This document shows, in pieces, positions 1-12,610 of a stretch of DNA of 64,000 nt (its first letter is position 1; every line of letters starts with the position of its first letter). The notes below the pieces were generated by a model that worked only from the letters and a program-made list of their open reading frames with translations, searched no databases and was not told where the DNA came from. This DNA comes from Camelus ferus. Taxonomy: Eukaryota. The translations under genes and the position numbers were made by a program. The stretch spans positions 43,340,001 to 43,404,000 of the forward strand of contig NC_045697.1 in the NCBI RefSeq assembly GCF_009834535.1, read 5' to 3'.

Positions 1-725
1 GGACATTTGGCCTATGAGATCCTATTTTCCAATAAATACACCTTCATCTCTTATATCCACATGAGGGGAACATTTCAAAACATCAGAAACATTCAGAAAT
101 TTGGGATTTTCATTACTTAGATTTGTGTATCACTCTTTCCTAAAACCTTTAAACTTCTCTCATTGAAAATGTAAATCAGAGATTAGGAAATGATGGGATC
201 ATGTAACATACCCACAGCTAGGCTATTTTAGTGCTTAAAATGGAGTAAGGTGAACAAACCAATATATTCCAAAGTGTATTAAAGTGCATTTGTTTTTAAA
301 AATGTATCTTTCTATTGGGTAGAATCTTATGCATAGTAATATAAATAGCAACAGAAGGAATTTGGAATTTCCTACTTGCTGGGGAAAATACTAGTAATCA
401 TCATTTTGTTCCTTAAAATATGTGATTGTTCTGAACTTAAAACTTGATTTCCAGAATGCTTTAATATATCATACAACGTTCTATTACTCGTAGCTTGACA
501 TTTCAAAAAGTAGTAGATAGAGTACCTAAGATCTTTTTTAAAAGCATCTCAATTATTTAAGATTAATGGAGATGCATGCACAGCTTAAGAACAAAATTGC
601 AATACTTATTATATCTAAATTTTTTATTGCACCGAATTTGAAAGCTGAATAATCACAAGCCAAGGACCACAACTTAAAAGTGTAGGGCATATTGTATTAA
701 CAGTTGATCATATAAATAATTAGGG

Positions 726-940
726 AACAGTATAAGTAGTGGTTGAGCTCAAGAACTTACAAAGGTACCCAGATTCAAGCCCTTGTCCTGCCACCTCAGA
801 ACAGAATCTCAGTTTTCTACTCCATAAAATGGGCATAACAATTCCTGTGGGTTGTTTTGTGTGTGAGAGAATCAAATAAAATAATCCATGTAATCACAAT
901 ATATGCACATAGTAAATACTTAGTATTTGGTGGCTATTTT
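726..940 (+). mobile_element. MIR SINE (degenerate)
   Basis: acagtataagtagtggttgagc...ctcagttttctactccataaaatggg...cacatagtaaatactt resembles the MIR consensus core and 3' end. Confidence 0.8.
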
Positions 941-1055
941 TTTTAGTAACATTCATGATAAAAGCAAAACATAGAAAGAGTGTCCCTAGACATGCAAATT
1001 AAACCAACTTGAGGGACTGGTGGGTGATAGATAAATAATGTATTCTGAATTAGTG

Positions 1056-1587
1056 GACAAGGAAACAGCCTAAATGTCCATTGACAGATGATTGGATAAA
1101 GAATCTGTAGTATATTTATGCAATGGAATACTACTCATCCATAAAAAAGAATAAAATAATGCCATTTGCAGCAACATGGATGGACCTGGAGAATGTCATT
1201 CTAAGTGAAATAAGCCAAAAAGAGAAAGAAAAATACCACATATCACTCATATGTGGAATCTAAAAAAAAAAAAAAAAGATACAAAGGAACTTATTTACAA
1301 AACAGAAGCAGACTCACAGACATAGAAAACAAACTTATGGTTACGGTGGGGAAGGGGTGGGAAGGGATAAATTGGGAGTTCGAGATTTGCAGATACTAAT
1401 ATATATAAAATAGATAAACAACAAGTTTATACTGTATAGCACAGGGAATTATATTTAATATATTGTAGAAACTTAAGGTGAAAAACAATATGAAAACGAA
1501 TATATGCATGTTTATGAACGAATGAAGTACTGTGCTGTACATCAGAAACTGACATAACATTGTAAACTGACTATACTTCAATAAAAA
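1056..1587 (+). mobile_element. 5'-truncated lineage-specific L1 (end of ORF2 plus 3' UTR), cetartiodactyl/camelid type
   Basis: cctaaatgtccattgacagatg...atgccatttgcagcaacatggatggacc...G-rich tract...gactatacttcaataaaaa are canonical L1 3' end motifs; no TSD recognised. Confidence 0.95.
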
Positions 1588-4500
1588 TATATAATTTTTT
1601 TAAAAATCTTAGTTAAAAATGTTGACTAATTTTCAAATAGGAGTCATTTTGATAAAGAAAGTTCCAAGCAACCTTATAGCTCTCACCTAGCCTTAGAAAT
1701 TGTTTATGCAAAGATTACCAATTATCTCCAGAGGACAACCCAGTGGACCTTTATAATCCTGATGCTGCCTGACTGTGATGTGGCGTTTACTACACTATTT
1801 CTACAACACTGCTACTCGCTCCAGCTCTGCTTGTCTCAGTATTCTAGCAATCCCCTATCCTTATTATTTCTCAGGATTTTGCCCTCTGCCTGCATTTTAT
1901 TATTAATACTCCCCCAGGGAAATCTTAACTGTGCCAATCACTCTGACTTATGTCTATATCATGAGAAATACTGAATACATAACTCCTGTTCCTAAACCCC
2001 AAATTCACATTCCTAATTTTCTTTGGACCTCTATATCTAGCACACTGGCACTGAGCAAAAGAAAGTTTCCTCCCATTATAGTTAATAGTGAGTTTTTTAC
2101 TGAGTATATTGTTATGGAATTATCATACTTTGAGGAAAGAGGGTCAACACCACAGTCCTAACAATCAGCCAACAGTAAAGCAGTCTCTCAGACAAGAAAC
2201 CAGGACTTCAGGGTAGGAAGAGTCAATTTGAAATTTTCTCTGATCCTTGAACTGAAAAAAAAAAAAAAAAAAAAGGGCAATATTACCAAGAACCAGTTCT
2301 GAAGTGGTAGAAATCACAACAGGGTCCACTGAGTGAAAATAAGTTAGCAGCTGGAAAGGCAAGATATCAGGAAAAATTTCAGAGAGGGTGTACTTGACTT
2401 CTCTGACTGTAGCTATCCTAGAAAACAAGATATATATTGAGGCAAAAATCTAAGACTTGGGAACAAGTTAGCTAGAATGGAGTCAAAAACCCATTCTTTT
2501 TAGTATCAATTCATAAATTCTCTTTATTTTTCTTATGTCTTTAGTATTTAGTGGCCTTAATTTTGAAAACCAAGACTTTCTCATCTTGGCTAGAGGTTAC
2601 CAAGTCTAAGGGTCTGTTCATGCTTGGGTAGTAGATTTTACAGGGGCCCTTGGCCCAGAGGTGGCCAAGGGGTTCCACATGAGGAAACCTCACTAGAAGG
2701 TCAAGTCCATGAGAAGGTAAAACTGAGGGTCAGGTCAGGGACAAGTGATAAGCAGCCCCTGTGCCTGAAATTCTACTTCCAGTTCTCATATCTGCTCAAG
2801 ACAGGAAGGTTTCTGTGTTTGAGTTTCATTAAGGAGCCTGTTCCTTTACATCTAACATTCAACAAATCCAAAAGGGAACTTACTTATTGCTGCTGGTTAT
2901 CAATTGCCATCCCTAAAATATGTGTTTTATGTCTCTGTTAATGCTGTTATGCAACTTCTCTGAATTTGTCTCCTCACTTGTAAACTTGCAGTGCCAAGAC
3001 TTGACCTAAGTACCTCTCAGGGTTCCCCGGACACAGGTTAGGCCTTAATCTGCACACTTTTAACCATGTCACTCCACTGTTTTCAAAAATAAAAAACAAT
3101 CTGGGTCAAATACCTATTTTTTATTAGGTTTTTCAAGGGTCCTTAAGAGTATTCCAGCTCTATCCACTCTCTTCTACAATTATTTAACACTGAGCAGTCA
3201 TTATTTTCATTCTCTTTGCATGCATTCTATTCTGTGTTTCTATCTAACTGTCATAAATTTGTGAAACAGAAAAATACATCCCTGCCTACCTTTAAATACA
3301 ATTTTCTGTTTACATAGCTTTGACAAATTCATGCTGATTGACTCTACTTCTGTCTTTTTTTAAGGCCAAGTGCTCAATTATAAAGTATTTTTACAGGAGT
3401 CCGTCTTATCTTTTATACATCATCAACCATCTACTTATTCATTCAAAATAAATGTAAAATTCCATACATCTCTGCATTTGTGCCTTCATCCATCACATGG
3501 ATCTAAGATACATCCTAACTCTTTAATAAATTGCTAAAAAGAAAATTAGCTAGGATTAGTGAGAGGCACTGCATGGGCTCTAGAAAAGGGGAGACAGTCT
3601 AAAAACTTAAACACTACAAAGCATTATCTTGCTGAGATTATGGCTAAATTAGCCTTTGTATCTGTGCTCAAAATCTCATGTAAAACATATAAAGAAAATC
3701 AGCTCTCTTCAATGAGTGCATAATATAATTTACTTATTAAAAGAGTACTCAGCAAGTAGAGGAAGTTTCCTTTCCTTCAGAACCTTTTAACCTACGCTGT
3801 GCCCGGAATACACAGACACACACACACAAACAGTATTGATTTCCAGAATTTCTCCATGGAATGCCAAAAATAATAAACAAAAAATAAATCAAAAGCAACA
3901 GCCTCCTTCCATTATGTATTAAATATCTTCCCCATGAAGTTAGGACAAATAGAGATGTATATAGAGAGCAATGGAAACATAAATCTATTGTCGTAGTAAT
4001 CGATTTCTGCCTTGTTCCTTTATTTCTAGTAAATAATGATCTTCAGGTCTTTCATGGTGGCACTGTAGCCAAAGTCAGCCTCAAGATCCCTGGAAGTGTT
4101 TCATCTTTGATAAAACTAGTGATGCTGCTTTCTCTCCAAAATCATTACACTCACCATTTCTTGTTGTGGAGTAGAAACAACACTTAGTAGAATGAGAAGA
4201 AATTTAAAAGGATATTCACTTTAAGAGCTTTCTGGCCAGTCATGTATATGGTTAATGAAACATTGTATATTGTTCTATGGTAAATTAGAAAGAGAAGTTC
4301 TCTAGAAAATGTGGCCCTGGCTTATTACCATCAAACTCCTGAAAATGAAGATAAAATATTGATGTTGATTACTAGAAAAATACTGAAAAGTCTTAAATAT
4401 TAAGTAGATCTGATTAGACCTGAAGCTCAGCCAAACTGAGAAGTCTCAGCTAATGAGATAAAAAAGAAAAATAATTTAACCTACCTAGATATGTGAATTC

Positions 4501-4930
4501 AGTAAGCAAAGACCACTACTGCAATTTTATACAGACCTTCATGTTCCTTCCCATTGCTCATTTCTCAGCAAAATTCATGGCATGATGCATGATCAAGTCA
4601 GATCATTAGATTTTAGGATATACAGGAAGACGTCAATTTATTTATAAGATAAACAATTGAGGTTGAATTCTGAATCTGGCACTTAATTATCTATATGCCT
4701 TGAGAAAAAAAATCATGTAACCTTTTTATATAATGAGGTTGCATAGAGATATAGATGGAAAGTAATAGATAACTGTCAAGCTTCTATTTAAAGCATGTGG
4801 TTTGTGTATTCTAGTTTGAAACCAAGATGCTTTCTGGAGCGAGGGAGAAGGGATTCCAAGACGGACAGAGAAAAAGTAACATGGGGCAAATATAAATCCT
4901 GTAACGTGAGCCTTTCTCTTTATTTTAGTA

Positions 4931-4988
4931 CTAGCAGCAGCAGCAACATTAGTAGTAGTAGGTGGTGGTGGTAGTGGTGATGGTGGTG
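4931..4988. repeat. Compound trinucleotide repeat (AGC)n/(AGT)n/(GGT)n
   Basis: Directly visible. Confidence 0.85.
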
Positions 4989-5071
4989 TTATTTCCAAAG
5001 GCAAAACTCACATAAGGTTGGCACTCATGTTCTCAGTGGCCTAGTCACTAAAGCTCATATATATCTATCTT

Positions 5072-5748
5072 TTTGTGTATATATATATTTTTTTTAATTG
5101 AAGTATAGTCAGTTTACAATGTTGTGTCAATTGCTGGTGTACAGCATAATGCTTCAGTCATGCATGAATATATATATACTTGTTTTCATATTCTTTTTCA
5201 CCATAAGTTACTCCAAGATATTGAATATAGTTTCTCATGCTATATAGTATGAACTTGTTGTTTATCTATTTTATATATAGTGGCTAGTGTCGGTAAATCT
5301 GGAATTCCCAATTTATCCCTTCCACCCCCTTCTCCTCCTGGTAATCATAAGTTTGTTTTCTATGTCTGTGAGTCTGTTTCTGTTTTATAAATAAGTTTGT
5401 TTGTCTTTTTTTTTTTTTAGATTCCATATATAAGTGATATCATATGGTATTTTTCTTTGTCTTTCTGGCTTACTTCACTTAGAATGATGATCTCCAGGTC
5501 CACCTATGTTGCTGCAAATGACATTATTTTATTATTTTTATGGCTGAGTAGTATTCCATTATATAAATATACCACAACTTCTTTACCCAGTCATCTGTCG
5601 ATGGACATTTAGGTTGTTTCCTTGTCTTGGTTATTGTAAATAGTGCTGCTATGAACATTGGGGTGCATGTACCTTTTTGAATTAAGGTTCCCTCTTGATA
5701 TATGCCCAGGTGTGGGATTGCTGGGTCATAGGTTAAGTCTATTTTTAG
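5072..5748 (-). mobile_element. L1 3' end (non-inverted part of a 5'-inverted L1), with ORF2 C-terminal remnant
   Basis: ORF 5524-5772 contains YDPAIPHLGIY...CTPMFIAALFTI...KQPKCPS..W.KKLWYIY.MEYYSAIK, the L1 ORF2 C-terminus; 3' UTR matches the copy at 1056-1587. Confidence 0.95.
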
Positions 5749-6024
5749 GAGTAAAGACAGTCTCTTCAGCAAATGGTGTTGAGAAAACTGGACTGGAAAG
5801 CTGTATGTAAATTAATGAAGTTAGAATACTCCCTCACACCATATATAAAAATAAATTTAAAATGGCTTAAAGATTTAAACAATAAGATGACACTATAAAC
5901 CTCTTAGAAGAATCATAGGCAAAACATTTTCTGATATAAACCACAGCTATGTTCTCCTAGGGCTGTCTAACCAAGCAATAGAAGTAAGAGCAAAAATTAA
6001 CAAATGGGACCTAATTAAACCTAC
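5749..6024 (+). mobile_element. Inverted L1 ORF2 segment belonging to the same insertion
   Basis: aaagacagtctcttcagcaaatggtg...aacaaatgggacctaattaaac (KDSLFSKWC...NKWDLIK) is in the opposite orientation; 11-bp TSD atatctatctt at 5061-5071 and 6025-6035 flanks both parts. Confidence 0.9.
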
Positions 6025-7222
6025 ATATCTATCTTAATAAGTTCAATTACTTCAGTGAATCATTCAATCAAGACTCATGCTTTGCTCCAGCCCCTCACTT
6101 CAGGATATGCACCTTTTATAAAGGGCTATGTTTCTCTGACACAGATGTAGGAACTGAGTTTTTGTGGGACCTTGTAGGTGGATGTCAAACATAAAATAAA
6201 TGCTGACTGAATCTTATGGAGAAATCAATTGTGTCAACCACAGATTTTCTGGGTCAGTAGGTTAGATGTAATAGGAGTAGTGACAGATGCCTAGGATGAT
6301 GACTCTTGCAGTCACCAATCAAGCCAGTCAAAAACAGTGTTAAAAGAAACAGATACCCTACAACCAAAGAGATTAGAAGAAATGATGTGTTTTGTGCAAT
6401 AAATTAAATCTGTGATGCCATTAATGAACAGCCCTCATATTCCTCTAACATTCCTCCCCCTGCAAAATTACACCCATCATGTCTGGGTAACTGTGCCATG
6501 AGGTCAACCAAAGCCCACGGACTTAATACAGATTAATACGACTTTATAGTTCTTAGAGTGAGGGTTTTTTTTTTTCTTTTGATGAAGTCTTGATATCTAT
6601 GCCCCACATCCCCACTTTAACCCAACGATCGTCACATGAAAGAAGTGCTACCAGTGACAATTCAATTTGCTTTTTCAAGAATTTGCAAATGTAGGCAAAG
6701 TCAGCTGGGAGTGATGCATCTTTTACACAACTTTTACATTAAGAAGACGTGAGCTCTATTGGATTACTATCATAGAGGCAAGAACAGTAAAAACTAAAAA
6801 TGACATGTTACCTAATCATTACTTTGACAATAATTGTCAAGAACAGAATTTCTTTATAGATTTTGGACATAGCCTTTGAAGCAAAAAAAGGACTCAGATG
6901 CTATGTCGGCCTGAGCTAAAAGGATTTTAAAAATTTAATCTTTAAGAGAAGCTCCTGAGATACAGGCTAAAAGAGTTTATAAAGGTCATAAAAAAATTAA
7001 CTTATCTTGCTGACTGAAGCTTTTTTAATGCACTCTAAGTTACAAAGGAATCGCATCTGGAGCCTTTAGGCCAATGGTCTACTATATTTTTCTCTCATTA
7101 GTAAGGACAGCAAAAATCTGCATTGGGATTTTTACCACTGCAATCATCTCGGATTCATTAGTCTTCATGATTGAATATGAGGAGAGCACGGAGCCAGTGG
7201 TGCAGGAATATTTCGTACTTAC

Positions 7223-7331
7223 CTCATTTGCTCACACCGCAGTTCCGGAGGCAGCCAGAGTCAGGAGGGGAGTGGGCCTGCTCCCGGGGCTCCACGCAGT
7301 TAAGAGTCAGTCTGACTTCCATCAGGCCCAA
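7223..7331 (-). other. Candidate spliced exon (109 nt), probably non-coding or 5' UTR, of an unidentified minus-strand transcript
   Basis: Acceptor ccttttattgcatttatttccttcag| and donor GAG|GTAAGT; GC- and CpG-richer than the flanks; all three frames contain a stop. Confidence 0.6.
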
Positions 7332-7855
7332 CTGAAGGAAATAAATGCAATAAAAGGTCTTTAAGACCAGGACTATTGCTTACATAAAGGAAAGTTCATA
7401 CCTCGCTTGATATAGAGCATCAAAAACAAAATGGGAGGGGCCTCTACAGATGTCATTGGCACAGGGTCGGACCATTCCTGAGCATTACTCCAGGAGACCC
7501 AAGGGAAAGGAACTTCACCTTGTGAACTTCAGCCCCCTCAAATATAGATTAGGAATAATCAACAGGCCCTGCCTACCTCTCAGGGAATTGTAAGCCACGT
7601 ATGAAATATATTTAAGAACACTTTATTAGGATTAAGCCCCATATAAATATGGGCACTATCATCATATCAACCATGAAGACCATGATTATGCCTGAAAGAT
7701 AGATATATGAATATAGTTATGCCTTAGCTTAAATTAACCTAGTAGACATACACAGGATTTTCTAAAACCAGGCTCCCTATTTTATCCTTTATCTGTTTAG
7801 CATCAGCGGTGCCAGGCACATAGCAGATGCTTAATAAATATTTTTTAAATGAATA

Positions 7856-8734
7856 TGTTAGCAGATAGTGAGTCCCCTATATTAGGAAGCCCACCGAAGT
7901 GTGGGTCCTTGCCTCCAGCTGTGAAAGAATTCACACAGCAGAGACAGAGGAAGAACTGAACAGCCGTTTTATTGCTCAGAAGGGTAAATGCAAAGAATTA
8001 GTTGGTGGGGCAGAGTAGCCGTCAACCAAGATGGCGATAGAGACAACTCTGTCTGCAGCTGGGGCCATGTGGACTTTTATGGGAGGCTTCCACCATCATG
8101 TCCTCCTTCCCAGTGTGCTGGAGCCAATCATTCCTCATATGGGCTTCTCAGTCCTCGTATGGGCTTTTCTGGTTGTTGTCATGAAAATCATCAACTGTCA
8201 AGGCCCTGGTGGGTGTGTCGTTTAGCATGCACATACATTACAATGAGCGTACAATGAGGCTCGAGGTCGACTGGAAGTCAAATCCTCCACCATCCTGGGT
8301 GCCATTGGTTCTAACCAGTTCTTATTTCTTCTCTGCAGCTGCCTCCTGAGACTTAGATAAGAGTAATTGATTTCTGTTTGAGGGAGGGGTAGAGATATGA
8401 TCCTGGGGGCAACAGCCTTGGTAACAAAAAGGCAAGTTGCTTTTAATCAGAATGCTTGCAATCTGGTGAACCTAGCATCTCCCCTAAATAAAAATGTCCA
8501 AAGATTCTGTTCAGCCATGAAAGTTTTAAAGGGAAATTGGGGGGAGCAGGGATAATCTCAGTTAATTGTTGAGATAGGTGGTCAGATTAATTGCCCTCCC
8601 CTAACGCCTGCAGGTTTGTCCTAATCAACTGCTTGAGCCAGCTCTTCTGTGACCCATGGAGGCCTGGGAGACTTAAGCTCTTCCATAAACAAGAGGCAAG
8701 GGTTGGGGTGGGTACAGGGTCCTGCTCAGTATCA
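7856..8734 (-). mobile_element. Composite ERV1-type LTR block: one LTR (~7890-8426) nested in or fused to a second LTR related to 43895-44606
   Basis: TG...CA termini with 4-bp TSD aata (7852-7855 / 8735-8738); internal terminus ...ttggtaaca at 8426; reverse poly(A) signal tttatt near 7968; right end gggtcctgctcagtatca resembles the reverse complement of the 43895 LTR start. Confidence 0.8.
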
Positions 8735-8864
8735 AATAGATGATAATCATTTTATAAAGAGAATAACTTTAAGAATTTCTTAGGTAAAAAAATCCTCTTC
8801 CATGATTAAAATAAGATTCGATTTTTAAAATCTGTCTATATGATTTACACTTAGGGAGGGTTTA

Positions 8865-9090
8865 CAGCATAATGGATGGGAGAACAGAATGAAAGTCAGA
8901 CTGCCTAAGTTTGAAGCCCAAATCCATCGCTTATTAGCCAGTGCATGTGACTTAACCTTCTTCCTCTTTTCTAATACAGAGGTAATAACAGTACCAACCT
9001 CTGTTGTTGATGTTAGGAGTAAAGAGATCGTCCATGCAAAGTGTATATAACACAGTGCTTGGGTCACGGAAGGTCCTTAATAAAAGTTGT
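8865..9090 (+). mobile_element. MIR SINE
   Basis: acagcataatgg...gtcagactgcctaagtttgaagccca...gtaataacagtaccaacctc...aataaa. Confidence 0.85.
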
Positions 9091-11314
9091 GATTGACGTT
9101 GTTTTAACCGTAGCCGTGGTCCTTCTTCTTGTTGCTGCTGCTGTTATTAGATTCATCATTGTTTAAAAGTGGGCTTCAGCATAGGGAGAATTTCTCAGAC
9201 AATTCAGGGACTAAGTCTGCCGGACTGGACGTTTAACATCACACTGACGCTTTCTGAGGCTCTCAAGATGAGAGGCTGACTTTCACTGCTGTCACTTGGC
9301 TCCTTAGGACTGACAAGGAAAGAGCCAATGAACACTTGTCAGACCTGTTAAAAAAAAAATGCCCATAAGATTTTGTAACCCAGCTGCACTACTTACTGGT
9401 TTAGCCATTTACTCTCATGCTAAAGTCTTCTGTTAGCTGGAATTTTGATTGCACTGCCTCCCTTAACTTAAATTATTTTCCAAATTAAAAAACTTCCAAT
9501 AAGCCAAACTTTAACAAGGAGGTCATGCGGGGGGTGCTTCTCTGAAGTAAATTGCATTCTTCTCATTTGTATTCATAACAAGATCCCCTAACAAGTGAGG
9601 ATATTATATAGCTGGACAACAGGAAGCAATGTCTGTTAATCAGAAAATCCAGCATCATTTGCTTAGTAACTTTTGTGGTTAAAAATCCTGCTAGGATTTT
9701 TATTCGTTTTGCTGAATTCTGTGATTGTATCAGAGGTTCTTGGCATCCTTATTATTTATTACAACTTGCTCCACACAGGGGTCACTGTCTTCTAGCCTTT
9801 TTAATCATGATGATGACAGTTGAGAATTGACACCATACATTATTGTGTACTGTCAAATGCATAACAAATGCCTTAATCAGGCTTAAATAGCTTAAGAACT
9901 GCAACTGTTTATTGCAGGTCAAAGGCAGATTTCTGGGGATGGCCAGACGAGATGTGAGGATGCTGATTTCAATGTACCCTCCCCCACATGATATCATCTA
10001 ATTTGATCAAACAGTTGCTTCATTTTATATAAAACCCTGTCTCTTTTACAGTAGCAGTAACCGAGATCAAACAATCTAGGGAGAGGCATCAAGTAGAAGT
10101 AATAGCCGGATTATACTAGCTGTTTTATCGGGTTAATAAATTCATAAAATCAGAAACTTGACAGACAAATTAAATATAGCTCATTCCCTTAATAGGCTGA
10201 GGAATCTTCAGAGAGAACAAGGGCCTTTTAGCACTTGTTTAGTGATAAATAGACTACAATTGCAGCACCTACGTTTCCTTCTCTGATTCTCAGAGCAGAG
10301 AAGAAATTTTCAAAATGGAGTCCTCAGTCCCTCCATAGTCACAATTTCTAGGCTTTATCCGATTTCTCCCAAACTGGAAGCAACACTCTCTAAAAGCTGG
10401 TACAAGTCAAATGTTAGCAAACGGGCTCATGGTGATCACCGAAGAATCATTTTCTGTTTCCCACTAAAATAGTGTATTTCATATTCAGAGGCAGAGATAA
10501 TAGGCAGCACATTCCACACCGTCTGACAGGTAGGATTAACTACATCAAGACTCTGTTTCAAAACTAAAAGGGTACTTGTTGCTCCTTAATACTTTTAAAG
10601 CAAATTCTTTGTGTCTGCTCTGAGCATGCCAAGGTGGGAGGGCATTTATTTCCACAGCAGGAGGCCCGTGGCAACACTCCATCACTGGGACATTGCATTT
10701 ATTATGCTAAATGACCGATGCACAGTTAATCACTGGGCCTGAGAGATGGCGTCGGGGGCGGCACTGGCTTCCTCTGTATGAGTATTGACAGGCTGGCTTG
10801 GAGATCAGCCTGCCTGGGGTTTCAGTCAATTAGAAAACACCTGATCCATGAAGTGGACTGACTGTACTTTCAAAATAAACTTGGATTGGACTAGATGCTG
10901 TTCTATTCCAATACGAATCTTTAAGTTGTGATCAACGAGGTCAGTGTACCTGCAATTATCCACTTGTTCTATGTGGGACACGCTACACTCTGGCTCTCTG
11001 TGACGGCTTCTAAAAATATTAGAGGAATAATCAGCATGATAAATGCCAACAACTTTTATGTTGATTTTATAACCACAACAACCATTTAGAAACATTTCAT
11101 TTCTCCTCTTTCTTCCAGCTCAGAATAAGTCCCTCAACATTATCCAAATGACTGTGTGAAATGGGGAGACTACAAGAGCAGGTGCCTGTAAATTATGTTT
11201 TGAGCAACCAACCATTCTGTTCTATGAAAGCATCCAGCTTTTCCAGATACAGGAAAAAATGATGTAAAGGTTTTGAGCTTTTATTGTTAACATCTAAGAT
11301 TTTTCTGTTCACCC

Positions 11315-11817
11315 TATCAAAACCGCAGAAAGTTTTCCTTGACCCTCGTAGGGTCCCTGGCTGGGTCTGCAAAGTAAAATTGACGAAGAAAGATTAACAG
11401 GACAAAATCATACAGATTTATTTAATATAAGTTTTATATGACATGGGAGACTTCAAGAGGAAATAAGGACCCAAAGAAACAGAACTGAGTATTTCATGCT
11501 AGGTTTGAGGAAGAGTGGACAGTTTGGAGGAATATGCAAGGTCACAGAGTACAAAGTAATTGTAGCAATTTGGGGAAACTAAGCAAAGCTTATTTGTTAG
11601 GATCGTTCTTGATGTCCCTTTGCCTTCAGAGATAAGGATGCTCCAGATACAGGGAGGGCCCCTCTCATATGAGGGTTTTATGGCCTGTGTCAGGGGAGAA
11701 AGGTAGGGTAGGGGGTAGGTGACCTTCCTCCTTTTGCCATTTTTCAAACTCCTTCAGCTTAAATATGCAATATGCAAAGGTGCCATAGTGTGGGACAGCT
11801 TGTCCTGAAGCCCATCA
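11315..11817 (-). mobile_element. Solo ERV1 LTR (MER34/MER39-like)
   Basis: 4-bp TSD accc at 11311-11314 and 11818-11821; ends resemble the reverse complement of the LTR at 49894-50448. Confidence 0.85.
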
Positions 11818-11859
11818 ACCCTCTCCTGTTGCTCACCAACCTGTGGTTGTCTTGTGGAT

Positions 11860-12415
11860 TCTATGTGTATGATGCTCTGTCCCTCCTTGTCTATTCCCAC
11901 TGCCACTCCCCTGGTTTAGGCCTTCGTTACTGCTCTCCAGGGCTCAGCAGCCTCCTTAATACCAGTCTTCCAGCTCTTTAATCTACTTTATATGCTATGA
12001 TCACATTAATCTTCTTAAAGTATAAATTAGATTATGTCATTTCCTTGCTCAAAAATCTTTAATGGCTCCATATTGCTTAATTTTAAAAGTCTGAACTGCT
12101 TAGTCCAGTGTTCAGCGGCCATCCCCCATCCCATCTACCTTTCAATCTTCTGTCCCTTTTGTGGAATTAATCGCTATTCATCACTACACAGTGTCTACAC
12201 GGGATTTCCCCTTTCCACGTGTTTGGCCATGCCCTTCTCCACCTACAATGGATTTCCCTTTCCTGCCCAAATTTATTTTGCATCACCAAATCCTGCCGGC
12301 TCTTCCTTCCCTAATGTCCTCCAATTGGATGTAATGTGTCCTCATGCTACAGAGAACTGGATCTATGTGTCTTATGACACTCTACCTTGTATGGTGGTTC
12401 TCTGTATCTCATATG

Positions 12416-12468
<53 letters not shown>

Positions 12469-12610
12469 CTATTTATTTATTTATCTTTATTTATATTACC
12501 TAAATTCCTTGAAAGTAGAATCTAGATTTAATTCATTTCTACATCCCTCTTAGTACCTATCTCAGTGACTGGCATATTGTATCCATTTAATAAATATTTA
12601 TTGATGTATT
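11860..12610 (+). mobile_element. L2 LINE 3' fragment(s)
   Basis: tatgtcatttccttgctcaaaaatctttaatggctcc...ggcatattg...aataaatatttattga are typical L2 3' motifs. Confidence 0.8.
12418..12466. repeat. (TG)~24 microsatellite
   Basis: Directly visible perfect repeat. Confidence 0.99.

Noticed and set aside
12034..12553. Longest ORF (163 aa) and overlapping ORF
   Set aside because: Lies in L2 sequence and reads through the (TG)n microsatellite (CVCVCV); not coding
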